A stretch of 64,000 nucleotides of DNA from Octopus vulgaris (taxonomy: Eukaryota), in NCBI GenBank assembly GCA_951406725.2, contig OX597815.1, positions 59,148,001 to 59,212,000 of the forward strand, read 5' to 3'. A program made the translations under genes and the position numbers. Position 1 is the stretch's first letter. Each line of letters starts with the position of its first letter. Below the pieces are notes generated by a model. That model did no database searches and had not been told where the DNA came from. It saw only the letters and a list, made by a program, of their open reading frames with translations. Shown here in pieces: positions 63,330-64,000 of this stretch.

Positions 63330-64000
63330 TGTAATTTAGAGAAAAACCACTATTAAACAATTCAATAAAGAAAGATGTTATTCACACCATATAGAAAACG
63401 TATACTAGTAAATAGTAATAAAAAGACTATGCACGTTTCATTGCTATATTTTCAAATAGATAATAATAATAAAACCAGTTTGATTCAACATTAAATCAAA
63501 CTAAAAATTAATTCTATTTAAAAATATAGTCACTCATCAGGTGTAAGATAGTAAATAATTAAAAAAATGATAATAAAATAAATGTACTTTTCTTAACTTA
63601 TACTAATTATGAAATAAATATATTTAAAAATACATATTAACTATAAATAGTCGAAAAGCATTTAACAATATTTATTAAAATAAAAATATAACTTATCTTG
63701 TCGAAGGATTTTCATTAACTAACAATTTAAGCGTAAAACGTCTAACTTACCGTTTATGGGAAATATAAGAAATATATCGTGTGAAACTATGGCATAAATA
63801 AAAATTATAGAATAAATAGATAGAAATATGTATTTTAGCTATTAAAATTACAAATGTATTTTAGCTGTAAGAATAAGGAAAAAATTAACTTTAATATACT
63901 AATAACTGGAAAAATTGTAAAGTCTAAATAATTTAAATACTAAATACGTGAAATACATAATATAATAAATATAAATTAAGCTAAAATTCTATAATTTAAT
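63330..64000 (-). mobile_element. Probable Penelope pLTR/3' region with decayed long-stem-II hammerhead (63424-63545)
   Basis: Minus CTGATGA, ~90-nt hairpin, GAAAC-gtgc-ata; AT-rich; abuts (TA)n. Confidence 0.5.

Overview
AT-rich, repeat-dense animal DNA. An octopus-type (coleoid cephalopod) origin is inferred from the SINE/RTE repertoire, not proven. The window appears to lie within one + strand gene, an ASK1-family MAP3K (MAP3K5/MAP3K15-like). Eleven phase-consistent GT-AG exons (5678-55299) encode the end of the PH-like region, the complete kinase domain and the 14-3-3-site linker; a probable 45-nt 12th exon follows at 55556-55600. The gene start and end lie outside the window. The introns hold decayed RTE and CR1-type LINEs, a CRE-clade fragment, Penelope-like elements, tRNA-derived SINEs, two Tc1 and two piggyBac-like DNA transposons, one two-LTR Gypsy element and long (TA)n tracts. 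The most notable non-coding signal is a set of minimal type-I hammerhead ribozyme motifs. Several have unusually long, covarying stem-II extensions, and several sit inside short fold-back (inverted-repeat) elements. Other observations: a 14-3-3 motif cut by a splice junction before a symmetric microexon, a shared SINE/CR1 3' hairpin, a twin-priming-type RTE inversion, a 44-bp snap-back palindrome, templated-repair scars and an unexplained ~360-bp tandem array. No CRISPR array, rRNA or intact tRNA gene was found.
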